A stretch of DNA of 63,994 bases, the filler included, from Sphacelaria rigidula (taxonomy: Eukaryota), in assembly GCA_964200075.2 (NCBI GenBank). It is 3 parts of 3 records of this genome, joined end to end, with 100 filler letters (N's around TTAATTAATTAA, not from the genome) between each part and the next. Parts side by side here need not be neighbours in the genome. Positions count along the whole stretch, not along the records: positions 1 to 21,463 come from CAXNAA020000421.1; 2 more parts are not named here. One strand, written 5' to 3'. The position numbers were made by a program, and so were the translations under genes. Below the pieces are notes generated by a model. It did not search any database. It saw nothing but the letters and a program-made list of their open reading frames with translations, and had not been told where the DNA came from. The first letter of the stretch is position 1. Each line of letters starts with the position of its first letter. Positions 1 through 11,500 of the stretch are shown piece after piece.

Positions 1-391
1 GGAAAGGCGAGCCTACGTCTGTGACCACGGGTTCGCGAGATCGGACTAATGTGCAGAAATATTAGTAATAATAATAATTACGGAGCTGCAAGGTCGACGT
101 TTGACATTGAACAGTTCCGATAAATCGAACGATGCAGTTCCAAACGCAGCACATTTCACGGTCACGAGATGACACACACGGCAACGTGGACACACACCAT
201 GATTATCTGCAGAGGATGTCGAGATACTGTTGTACCCTCTGTTGAAGTGCAGGCTAAAGTAATATGTACTCGCGTCGAGGACAGCTGATTCATTGTGTTT
301 CAAGTGTACCGAGTTATACTGCTACTGGTTGCGCAGTCGTACTGTATGTAGTCAACTACAAACAGCATGTGGTTGATGCTGTCAAGATTTG

Positions 392-903
392 CAACGTTGC
401 GTCTGTAGGGTACGGGTATGTTCGGTAGGGTATGGGATTCTCCTCGAAGAACTTGCAGAACTATCGGATCCCGATACAGTATATGAAAGTCTTACAGAAC
501 TCACAGAAGATGTCGGGTAGGTTATGGGAAGCTGACAGAACTCACAGGATTTGTCGGGTAGGATATGAATGTTGCACAGAAAACCGAACCCGCAACCGGA
601 TGTCTTTACAAGAGTATACCAACGCCCCGGGTAAGGGTAAACATTTCGTACAGCACTTACTGAACTATTAGGTAAGGGCATGGGAGACTTACTGAATTCA
701 CAGAACTGTCGGGTATCGGTATGAATGTTTTCCAGAAGTAATAGACGTATCGGGTACCCGTATGAAAGCCTTACAGAAGTCACAAAACTGTCGGGTACCG
801 GTATGGAAGTCTTACAGAAGTCACAAAACTGTCGGGTACGGGAATAAAACCCGGGAAAATACCCCGGGTATACAAAGGTTGTAATCTACAGAACACATCC
901 TTG
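392..903. mobile_element. Non-autonomous hAT-like element (family A; TIR ~CAAGGTTGTGT, internal GGGTACGGGTATGAAAGTCTTACAGAA repeats)
   Basis: Degenerate TIRs caacgttgcgt...acacatccttg; related copies at ~1975-2328, ~26990-27302 and 50282-50530. Confidence 0.6.
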
Positions 904-1319
904 GAAACGACCACTATCAACGTCCTGCACCTCCCTACTTGACCCCCCTGCTGGCGCAGATGAAACGCCCCCATTCGAGCCGCCACTCGCGTCTGGGGTC
1001 AATCCACGCTGACGGCCTGCAATGCTGCTCATGTTTCGTGTTTCAACTCAGCGGTACCCCGTAACCCGTCAGTGAACAACTATAGATTTTGATTTTTGTG
1101 GGTGTATAGTGCTGCGTGAACAAGGGGGGGGGGTGATTGATGGAGGTTTGCGGTACAAGTTCAAGCTATCAGATTGAGTCGTGAATAAATCTATCCAGCC
1201 TCCCCAGGGTACATATCTGTACTCGTACCTGCATCGGGTGTATCTACAAAATCTACAAAGGTATGCTCTCTCCCCGGGTAGGGGTACGGGAGGCTCACAG
1301 AACAAACATACCACAGGCA

Positions 1320-1965
1320 CCGTAGGTAAGATAGGTACCCGGTACTGGTATTCGGGACATCTCATTCCCTAACGATACCGACCCAATCGGGTATTTTCAA
1401 ATGTCATACCTACGATACCTACGATACTACGGTATTTCGAGATACTAGTACCTACCGTACCTGCCTGATCGGGTGTTTTCAAATGTCATGAGACATTTTC
1501 TACGATAGCCCCCCCCAAAAAAAGTGCATGGTTTTGGGAGGCAAAATCTTCACGTAAATCGAAATGGGAAAAACCAAGCACAAGGAGAAGCTGGGAGTTC
1601 CCACGCTTGGGTTCGTTCTAGCCAATGTCGCCAATATGAGGCGCTTCATGCACAGCCTGAAGCCGAACATCAGGCGCTGGTTTTAGGGGGGGGCTATCTT
1701 AGAAAGTGTCATAACTACTACGATACCTACAATACCTACGATACCACGGTATTTCGAAATACCAGTACCTACCGTACCCGCTCAATCAGGTAGTTTCAAA
1801 ACTCATACCTGCGATAGCTACGAAACCACGGTATTTCGAGATTTCAGTACCTACCGTACCCGCTCAATCAGGTATTTCCAAAACTCATACCTATGATGCC
1901 CATGCATATCACGGTATGAGATACCCCGGTAAATACCGGGGGTACGCTCGGTACGGTACCTACGG
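1320..1965. repeat. ~65-70-bp tandem-unit repeat (TACCTACGATACCACGGTATTTCG...TACCTACCGTACCCG), interrupted by a MITE
   Basis: At least four diverged units visible. Confidence 0.6.
1492..1710. mobile_element. MITE with ~25-bp TIRs
   Basis: gacattttctacgatagcccccccc ... ggggggggctatcttagaaagtgtc. Confidence 0.7.
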
Positions 1966-1974
1966 TTCCCGTGA

Positions 1975-2328
1975 AACATACAGAACCATCGGGTACGGGT
2001 TGGAAATCTTACAGAAGTTACAGAACTTTCGGGTACCGATATGAAAGTCTGACAGAAGAGACAGAACTTGTCGGCGCTACGATACGGAGGTTGCACAGAA
2101 AACCGTACCCGCAACCGGGTACTTTTATAAGGGTATACCCGTGTCCCCGGTAAGGGTATGGAAGACTTACAGAACTCACAGAACAATCGGGTGGGGGTAT
2201 GAAAGTCCTGCAGAAGTTACAGTACGGGTATGAAAGGTTCACAGAAATTGGATAACTGTCGGGTACGGGTATTACCGGAGACGATGTTCGGGGATACGAA
2301 AAACCGCACCCTACAGAATACGACCTTG
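1975..2328. mobile_element. Family A hAT-like element, partial
   Basis: Same internal repeats as 392-903; ends gaatacgaccttg. Confidence 0.55.
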
Positions 2329-2379
2329 GAAATTTCCTCCAATCGATAACTTATTGCCGCTGCATGATATGTACAATAG

Positions 2380-2513
2380 GGCGATGGAGATGGCGACTGT
2401 CTGTGGGAGGAGAACGAGTGGGCCGGTATGTCGGCGGTCGCAGCGAATTGGAGGGCCGGGAGAATCGCAGTGTGTCCCGCCGGACGCATCAACCCCGCCA
2501 TACACTTGTACAG
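2380..2513 (+). CDS. CFAP43: CFAP43-like exon (GDGDCLWEENEW...NPAIHLYS)
   Basis: tag|GGC acceptor, AG|gtac donor; phase 2 joins the 2810 exon to give HLYSYP. Confidence 0.75.
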
Positions 2514-5500
2514 GTACTTTTCCCATTGTTGTCGTACACCTGAGAAGTGACGTGGTACATTTTTGCTGTCAGTTTCCTCGACCATGAGCAACAAGATGCG
2601 GGAGAATAGAACCCGACGATGTCTTTGGCGATTGTTAATCGACGATGGTTGCAAGGCTCAACACCAGCATCAAGAAGTAATAATGGATGATACCGTGCTT
2701 CATCGCGGCACACCGGTGAGTCCGTTTGAACATGTAACGCCGTGATGGTTGTTCAGATCGATCTAGACTTCGAGGTAGTAGTCTCATGCCATGTTCGCCT
2801 ACCATGCAGCTACCCAGGTATGGTGTTGCAAGGTACACTTCTTGGCGGGACGGACCTGCGCTATGTGGATGTGGCGTTCAGTCGTGACGGCGCACGCGTA
2901 GCAGCTTTCGGAAATCGAACGGACCATCTAGCGACCGTATGGAATGTGAAGAAGGCTACATCAGATGGTGAAGGACTCACGGGAGAAAAAGTGCGCCACG
3001 TACCTGCGAAAGGACATCCGCGAGACTGTCACGTTTTGTAACGACGTAAACACTTTTGTAGCATGGGTACAAAACCGATTTGAAAAATTAAAGCGAGGGC
3101 GAGTGGGTGATTCAGCTCAGGCAGATTTCGTCCGCGTTCGGTCTTATCGTGACCGCGGGGGCCTCTCCGTTCGTAGGTGGTGGAAGCCGTCCTTCCTGGC
3201 GACATGTCTTTCCTCAGCTTCAATCCTGCGGATTCTGATCAGCTGTGCATTGGTGGAGCCAGCGGCCTTTACTTCTGGAGGGTCGACAATCTAGTGGACA
3301 ATTGGGTGAGCACACAAATAAAGTCACAGTATACAATGCTGGTCTCGCGGCATGCTTGTATTCTACTCAAGAACGACGATAAAATAAGAAAGGTGAGCCG
3401 AGGGACACGTTCGAATAAAACTACCTGGTAAACCTACGGTGCCGATCATACCTACCTACTCTTTATCACGTCGGATCCCCTTGATTCCCTCCTCCACCCG
3501 TGGTGCATGTTTCGTCATCAAGGTTATCTCTCCAATTAAGGCCAAAGTACCCACACCAGTGGGCAAGCGACGATCGTTCACAGATGACGATGACCTGGAG
3601 GATGACTTTGCTAACGTAGCAGCCGGTGCCGCCAGCAACGCTGACGTGCCCGAAGCGATCGATTCGGTCGTTCCGCCGGCGGCCCCTACCGATGTGGCCA
3701 CAGCTTGCACTAACCACGCTCCTGAGGTGCCGAGCAGGCCGAAAACAGCAGATGCAGCGGGTGCCGTCGCCGCGGCCGAGATATTTCAGCTGGAGAGTCT
3801 TGTTACCATGGGAGATGGAAAGCAAGATGCTTACACTTGCCATTGTTGGGGACTCGAGGGCACCCTGTGGGCCGTCAATGAGCCTGGGCAACTGGTGGGT
3901 GCACTGTGGAAAACCACGTCTATGAATGAGATAAGCGGATAAGTTGTTTTTACTGTAGCGAATTTATCCATATAGAGACAACAACTCATATTTGACGTAC
4001 GTCACGTCAATATCTGAAACGCTATGTTTTTTAATCGAGATTTCATCCATTACCATGGGTGACACGAAGACTCGAATTTTGAATGAAAGAGTCTCTCCCA
4101 CGGCAGTGTTCGGCGCAGTCTACAGTGACTAATGTTTGTGCGTTTTGGCTGGTCATGTCGCCGCGCCCCCGTGGTCTGAGTGGGTATATCCTCGAATCAG
4201 CTACGGCGGAATTGAGCATTCGAATCGCAGCAGATATGGGATTTCTGTAAGGAGTATCTGATTTCCGTCGTTCGACAGATGAGGGCATGAGTAGCAAGAA
4301 TCTTTGACGAAAGTCGACGCAGGGTGGGAGTGCTGATCCAATCCACGATACCGACGCCAGGCATGTGCCGGGGGAAAGACGATTTGTTCTCTTCAGATTA
4401 CTCGTACGGGTTTGTCTCGAGAAAGGAGAGGGGCTAAAAGTTTAACGAGGAAAGTGAAATGTCCCTCAGGACAATGTTCTATAGCCTCCGCCAGACGATC
4501 TGGACAAGGAGGGCTTTCAACGAGGGACTCCTCCAGTATCACTGGCCTCGTGCTCGACAAGTCCTTTCTTCTAACTTGTTATTATCTCGGAGTGATCCAA
4601 AAACAGATCATGAGCCAGAAAGCAAGGAACCACGCAGATCAACCGCAGTTTATGCAGTTCCTTCAAAACAAATTCAGGAGCAGGAGAATAAATCTTGCGA
4701 AGAGACTCCCACGCACGTTCTTCAGCACCGTACCCGTCCCAATCGACCGAAACAATGGCATCACCATTGTCATCCTCAGCGACGTGCACCAAAGCATTCA
4801 TTCGACATTCACCTTGAGCATACGAATGCTGAAATACATTTTTTAGTTCCGCAGTGATGTGCAACTGCGAGTCAGCATAGAAACGCAAACGAGCGACATG
4901 GACGGAGTGTACGGCGCTAGAAACAATCTTCTGCACCGAATACACGTGGGCGTGATCGGCTCCGACCACTCGCCACGGACCTGTCCAACATCAACTTGGG
5001 CGTCACATCTTGCCTACGAACACTTCAACTGCAAACTTGGGCAAAACAGCCTGGACCTGAACAAGCTTGCGTTTGGTTCCGCGAGACACCGCGAAAGCAG
5101 CTTGCACTTCGTTACAAAACCGCACTTGCTCGTCCACCACGCCTCGAACCTTGTCACGCAACGTATCAGCATCCATGACACCGGCGTTCCACTCGCCGCT
5201 AGTGACAGAAGCCAGCGCGGAAAACGCTGTACGTGGCGCATGCCCAAACATCACACAATACGGAGTGTTGCGGTAGCGTTCACGAAAATAAGTATTCAAC
5301 GCCGACTGAACGGCTGGCAAAACATCAACCCATTCAGACACTGGTCGTCTCTGTTCCGACAAAATAGACCGCAACGCACGAATAACCTCTTCCACCATGC
5401 GTTCACAAGCACCATTCGACCAAAGGGTGTACGCAACAGCAAATTGGTGCTGTACCTTCAGCGCATCGCTCAGCTGCGCGATTACTTGATTCTTGAAGTG

Positions 5501-8500
5501 CGTGGCATCACTAACCCAAACACGCAGCACCCCAAAATTCTTGCACCATTGCAGCAAGTGCGTAGCCGTAACCTCGGCAGTGCAAGCCTCGGTCGGCTCC
5601 AACCAAAGGAAATTGGACAAATCATCCATGATGACCAAAACGTACCGAAAACCATCCCCATCAGGCAAACCATCAGGACCTACACGTCCGCTACTTCTGA
5701 CGTACAGAAAATCAAAGTGAACAACTTCACCTGGCGCCGTACCATGCACGGTATCGCCGTACAGACGAGGTACAATCGCACCAGCACGAGTGTCTACACA
5801 ATGCAAACACTGGCGAAGGAACTCGCGAACGTGGGAATCCATGTGAGGCCACACAAAGTATTCTTTCAAACGAAACAGAGTCGGCGCCACACGACGGTGA
5901 CCAGTCGACCGCATGTGAGCACACACCATCAAGCGAGTTTGTAGAGCCTCATCATCCGACGGAATCCACAAAGCATAACTACTGCCAACACGCACGCGAA
6001 ACAAACCATCGTCAGCCAAGGCAGCTTGACCGAAAGTCATAGGAACAGAATGAACACCGTCGTCGCCCGTTTTGCGCTGCGCGGTACGAATGGCATCTAA
6101 CGAGGGCAGCGAATCATCGGCATCACACGGGTTGTACACGGTAACAGAACGAACAGGCACGGTAGGAACCGTCACCCAGCGAGACAACAAATCTCCCCAA
6201 TAATTACTCTCTCCAGGAATGTTTTCGGTGGCATACCGATATTGGCCGAGCACTCCTTTTCACTTTCCAAGCCGTTGTGCCATGGCCTTCGTCACCGATG
6301 TGAAACACTCTTCGGGGTTCAAAATCTATTTCAAATTGCGATGATCAGTGAAAATGCGAACACCACCCTAAAGCAGGTACTCTAGCCTTCGAAATGTATT
6401 GACTATCGCGAAACCTACTTTGACCACTGCCGCTCACCGCAACTGTGAACCCTTGAAGCTATCACTCAGAAAAGCCAACGCTTTGTGTGACATGTTTTCG
6501 GGCGCAATGCCACTTCTAAACTCGGCGACAGGCACTTGCGTTAAAAAACTACCCCAGTGGAAATCCGAAGCATCTGGAAACATCAGAACAACGCACCCTG
6601 GACGAGGATGATACAGCGGCACCGCTTGCGCCCCCGAATCTTGCGCAGCACGTCATGCCCGCACACGATCCTCCGTCCAAGCGTCCTCCGGGATGTTACG
6701 ATTACGCGCCACCCGCTTTGTCCGACGCGAAGTCCCGACCATAAGTTGTTCCAAAAACACACGAAGGGGCGCAACTTCTTCCGCCATGCGCGGGAGCGAA
6801 GTCCGCACCCAATTCACCGCCCGCAGAAGCTGCATCATCTCACTAGCGGTTTGAGGACGTCGCATATTGCTCGAACCTTGGGTGCGGACGGGATCATGCG
6901 AAACAGTACCTTTGGAGTACACCTTACCACACCAAACCACTTCGTGGGCAAAAAAAGAGCACTTATGCGCAGCGACGAACAGACCAACACTCTCCAAGCG
7001 GCCAAGAATTTCGTCAAGCACAGCTAACAATGCTTCTTCGGTTTCAGCAAAATAGAGAATGTCATCCACCTACACTTTGCAGTTTAGATCTCGCAAAATG
7101 TCAGTCAGCACACATTAGAAACACGCCGTGGCGTTCAGCAAGCCCTGCGGGACATAAACAAACCGTCAGGCGTGACGATCGTGAAGATCTCCTGAGCGTC
7201 CGGTGCCAGAGCCATCTGCCAATACCCCTGAAGCAGGTCCAACTTGACGAAGCATTGGGCTCTCAGCAACTCCCGCATGTCTTCTTGGCTTGGCATCACC
7301 CCCGGAGACTGTTCCACTTACCTGTTCACCGCCTGATAGTCGCTGACCAAAGAGAATGTATCCCTCTTCGGCACCGCCATCGCCGGACTCGCCCACATAG
7401 CCTGGATGTTCCTAATCACTAATCAAACAGCACCAAAGCTGCGATGCATGAAGCAAGCCTCCCGGTCTTCACCGGATCATAACGTCGGGGCTTGGCCTTC
7501 ATAGTATTTGCCTGTGGCTTTAGTTGCACCCTCATGGGCTCTACGCGCGCTGGCGGGTCACCACGAAGCGCACGACGAAAGGTATCCACGCGACGAGCCA
7601 AAATATCACGCAGACAATGTGCGCCATCGGCGCTCAGGCCCTTCTGTTCGGCCTGCTGCACGCTATCCTCTAGCGCACGTTCTCTTGCACCTCTCTTCTC
7701 CGCTGGGTCCATGAACATGTCGGGCCCCCGATCGACTAACCGCTCCACCGCTTCATCCGCAGGAGCCTCCTCCTCATTGGCGCTCTGGAATGACCGTATG
7801 GATACGGTCACACGCCTCGCAGCAAGATATCTGGGGTTTTTCACGCCGGTTTGCACCGGCCCAGCACGAGGGCGTAGCTTATCCAACGCCAGCGGATACA
7901 AATCAATCCCGAGCTCCTTCACCGCCGCCATCCCAAACAAAACCACGTTGTCCCTGCCGGGCATGACAGCCAAGGTGGTGGGCTGCAACTCCACAGCCCC
8001 CCACGGCGTACGCACGCTCAAAAACAGTAATCGGCACCGTTTTATGTGTAACCGTCACGGGAGCACCCGTGGCGGTCTGTGCCGTATGCGGTCCATTTTC
8101 GAACGGAATCTGCACCTGCGCGCCGCCCAACTGCGAAGACATTTGTTCTTGCAACCTCACACCGATCGACGTGAGCGCGGACCCAGAATCCAGAATAACA
8201 CGGGCCATGAACGAACCTATGGAACCAGGCAAGGAAAGATCCGCGCGTAAACATTCAGTTGCAATCGACAGGTACCATGCCTGGCGAAGAACCCTAGTCG
8301 GTACCAAGATTCACCTGACGCCAGGGCTGCGCTCCAGAACTTGGCATCGATAATTGGGAATCGACGGTCCACCTAGACCACGTCGCCGAATATGCAGACG
8401 CTGTTACAGCCGTCGCAGCAGTAGGAGATGCACCAGCCACGGAGCCTGCTTGGCCGAGGGGTTGCGAACTATTCGCTCCAGCACTCCCCATCGAAGTATT

Positions 8501-11500
8501 TGCAGTTCCCACGTACACAGTCCGCCCCGACACGGACGAACCAGAAGATCCAGAGTCACCACCTGCTGACGTAGTGGAAGAAACAGCAGCGGAGGAACCG
8601 CCGTCCGCCGCCGATTGCTTGCTACCACGGCCACTGCGCCCGCGTCTATTTTTGGCACGGCCCCGTCCACCGTGACGACAGTCTCGAGATCCTGATGAAT
8701 CTCGCGCATTTCCCTGAGCAGCGCCTTGAGCGCGAGGCTTGGGGCAGTTCTCAATCAGGTGTCCGTTGTCGCCGCAGTTGTAACACGCGCGAGTGGACGA
8801 CGCTCGCGAAGACGGCTGCTGTTTCTCTTGCCGTTGTTGTTTGCGACTCGTACCACCTGCATTTGCCGCAGAGTCGCGCCGGCCATGCGCCTCGATGAAC
8901 TTCCAGTGGTCGGCGGCATCAAATATTTTGTTGAACGCCACCGTCGGATTCTTTTTTCAACCGTCTACATACGTTAGTACCCTTCTAACATGCGCCTTGA
9001 ATTCCGGAGGCGAAATCCCGCCCAACTAAGCTGTGGAAACCGACTCGGCCGGGCCTGGCAATCAGCTCCTGTCCTCCGCACGGTACATGGCTTGCACCGT
9101 CAGGTTTTCAGCGAAAAACTGTTTCATCGATGAATTGACCATCATCGCTCTATCCTTGACGGATGCTCCACCGCTTTGCGGCATAGTAAGAACTGTACGC
9201 AGGTCTGCTGTAGCCCGCGCAGTGTTCTGTTTGCTACCGGTCGTGGCGTGCCTGGCATACTGCTTCACAGCATCTAGCAATTCCTCGTGGGTCATAGCAC
9301 GGCGGTCCTTGTACATGCCTTCGAAGCCCCGATGAATGTGTGTAGGGATGAGTTGACCTATGCTCACCCTAGCATGCCTTACAACTCCTTGAGCATTCAC
9401 GAGGTACCAACGCTCCACGTAGTCGAAATATTTGGCGTATAAAACTCTTGATGCTTCCTCGGTCCACACCTTGGCATACGTTGGCGGGTCTAGCGGCTCA
9501 CTTAACACCAGCGGCGCTGCCGCCGCTTGAGCCATGTCGTCTAGGATTCAAACACCTCACGGAGAGACTCTTGCCTGACTTGTGCGTCCACCAGCCCACG
9601 GAGTGTCTTCCACTGCTGTGCGCTTCAAATCGTCTCCTTCCGACTGCAGGCCAAACTGGCTTCCAGCTGCGGCCCCTCTCCTCAGCCAAACTCCTCCAAC
9701 AGAGTGCCGAAAAGATATCTAGATATTATAGCCTCTGCCAGACGATCTGGACCAGAGGACTTTCAACGAGGGACTCCTCCAGTGTCACTGGCTTCGTGCT
9801 CGACAAGTCCTTTCTTCTAACTTGTTTTTATCTCGGAGTGATCCAGAAACAGACCACGAGCCAGGCAGCAAGGGGTCATACGGATAAGGGCCATCGATTG
9901 AGGATCCCCTGTCCCCTGCCACTGCTTCAATCATGCATGCGATTATACTGAAACCTACGGCTTGGTATCTTTTGGCTACAGTTCACACCGACTGCATGTT
10001 GTCTTGATCAATGTTTGCATGCGAACTTTAACCCTTTGGCCAGTGGTATGGGTTCTACCCCGAGGGACATAAATGTCTCGAGTGGGATATTTGTTCACCG
10101 GGTGGAATTCAGGGAGCGTTTGTGGAGTGTTTGTGGCATTCACGATGCACAGGTACCGGCTTCCTACACTGAGGGTGATATGGAACGGTACCATCTGCGC
10201 CATAAGATCGACAAAAGTATCCTTTGATGTAGACACGCGGGTTTTCGCGCCCAGTTTCGCTGACCCCTTCGCCGATCGACAGACGAAAGCCATGAATGTA
10301 ACCTGCTTGCCTTGTCGCTTTGTTGCCCAGGCGTGCTTCGACGCCAACACGGGCAGGTACTCCACGTGCATCACTCTTGGTCGGGTGTCGGAAAATGCGA
10401 ACGTTGGCGGGTGGAAGGCGGTTGGTCTGCTCATGACAAAGACACACCTTATTGTTACAGGGAATGACGGTTCCATCGATTGGCTGACCCTTCCAGAAGA
10501 GCCTGATGACCATCTCAAGGTACGTTTTTGCAATAGTCTGCGTTCTCTTCGATCTTTCGTACTTGACTTCTTGCATGTCCTACGCACAACCGCTCGAGTT
10601 TTGCACCAGGGCTTTTACGGGAGAACGGAACGGGACGGGAAATTTCCCGTTCCATTGAACGATGACGGGAAGCGACGAGAACGTTCCCATTGTCAAAGAA
10701 CTTACGGAACAAGACGGGACAGGACGGGGCAGGACGGGACGGAATAGGACGGGAACTTCCCGTCCGGTTTCGACAAGAAAATGAAGACCGTTCTGTGAGG
10801 TTTCCGTCCCGCCTGTTCCGACATCACGAGAAATGTGTGCTCTAACGCCGAAGTATCTCCGGTGAGACGAGAATTTTGTGCAAGCGATGCCTTCACGCAT
10901 AAGAAAACAAAACAGATCACAGGTGTATTACTTTGTATGAGAGATATGACTCACATCAGGCAAGATCCAAACATATCCCACGATATCTTCAGTTTCCTGT
11001 GAGATTGGGCGGGATTTTCCCGTTTCACTTACGGGACGTCCCGTGGGGACGGACGTCCCATCCCGCCGTTTGTCCCGTGAGGTATTTTTCCCGTGAAGAC
11101 CCTGGTTTGCATATCTGAAATGTTGGTAGGCCATACCAACCTTCCGGCAGTTGCGATTGGTCAACGGTGCGGTTGATCCGTTCGCTGTCCCATGATAGGT
11201 GGAGTTCTCGATTATCTTGCAAGCCTACGACGGCACCCAATGCCCGGCCGTGGCAATGGCATGCAGCCCCCTCTACGACAAGATGGTGGTGGGATCTGCC
11301 GACGGAAGGTGCTAAGCACACTCATAGCGCTTTTTGTTTTGCCAAACTTTCAGTCCCTCTACCCCTCCTTGGGACGAGTCCCTAGTCTCAAGGGATCAAT
11401 CCATCTCTACTCCGAGGATTTACCCGACATTTTGGTATCGCCGATTGGATCAGCACCCCCGCGTAGCGCCGACACTCGAACTTTCGCTGCTGCTCACGTC

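Larger units (their letters stand above)
4480..9873 (-). mobile_element. Degenerate chromodomain-bearing Ty3/gypsy LTR retrotransposon (chromovirus-like), antisense in a CFAP43 intron
   Basis: Direct repeats 4480-4627 and 9727-9873. Minus-strand order: gag (9535-8294, CCHC knuckle CYNCGDNGHLIENC), protease (ILDSGS), RT (KLDLLQGYWQ; CKV*VDDIL with TAG at 7070-7072), RNase H (MFPDASDFHWG), integrase (ORF 5003-6253: HCVD, VHFDFL, VSD, NGACER), chromodomain (VSVDWDGYGAEERAWE). Multiple stops and frameshifts. Confidence 0.93.

Noticed and set aside
960-1052. Possible additional 5' CFAP43 exon (VWGQSTLTACNAAHVSCFNSA|gt)
   Set aside because: Plausible peptide and donor, but the best acceptor puts a TGA in frame; not supportable without transcripts.
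4859-5944. 361-aa + strand ORF (and 7492-8250)
   Set aside because: Antisense shadow of the retrotransposon pol region.
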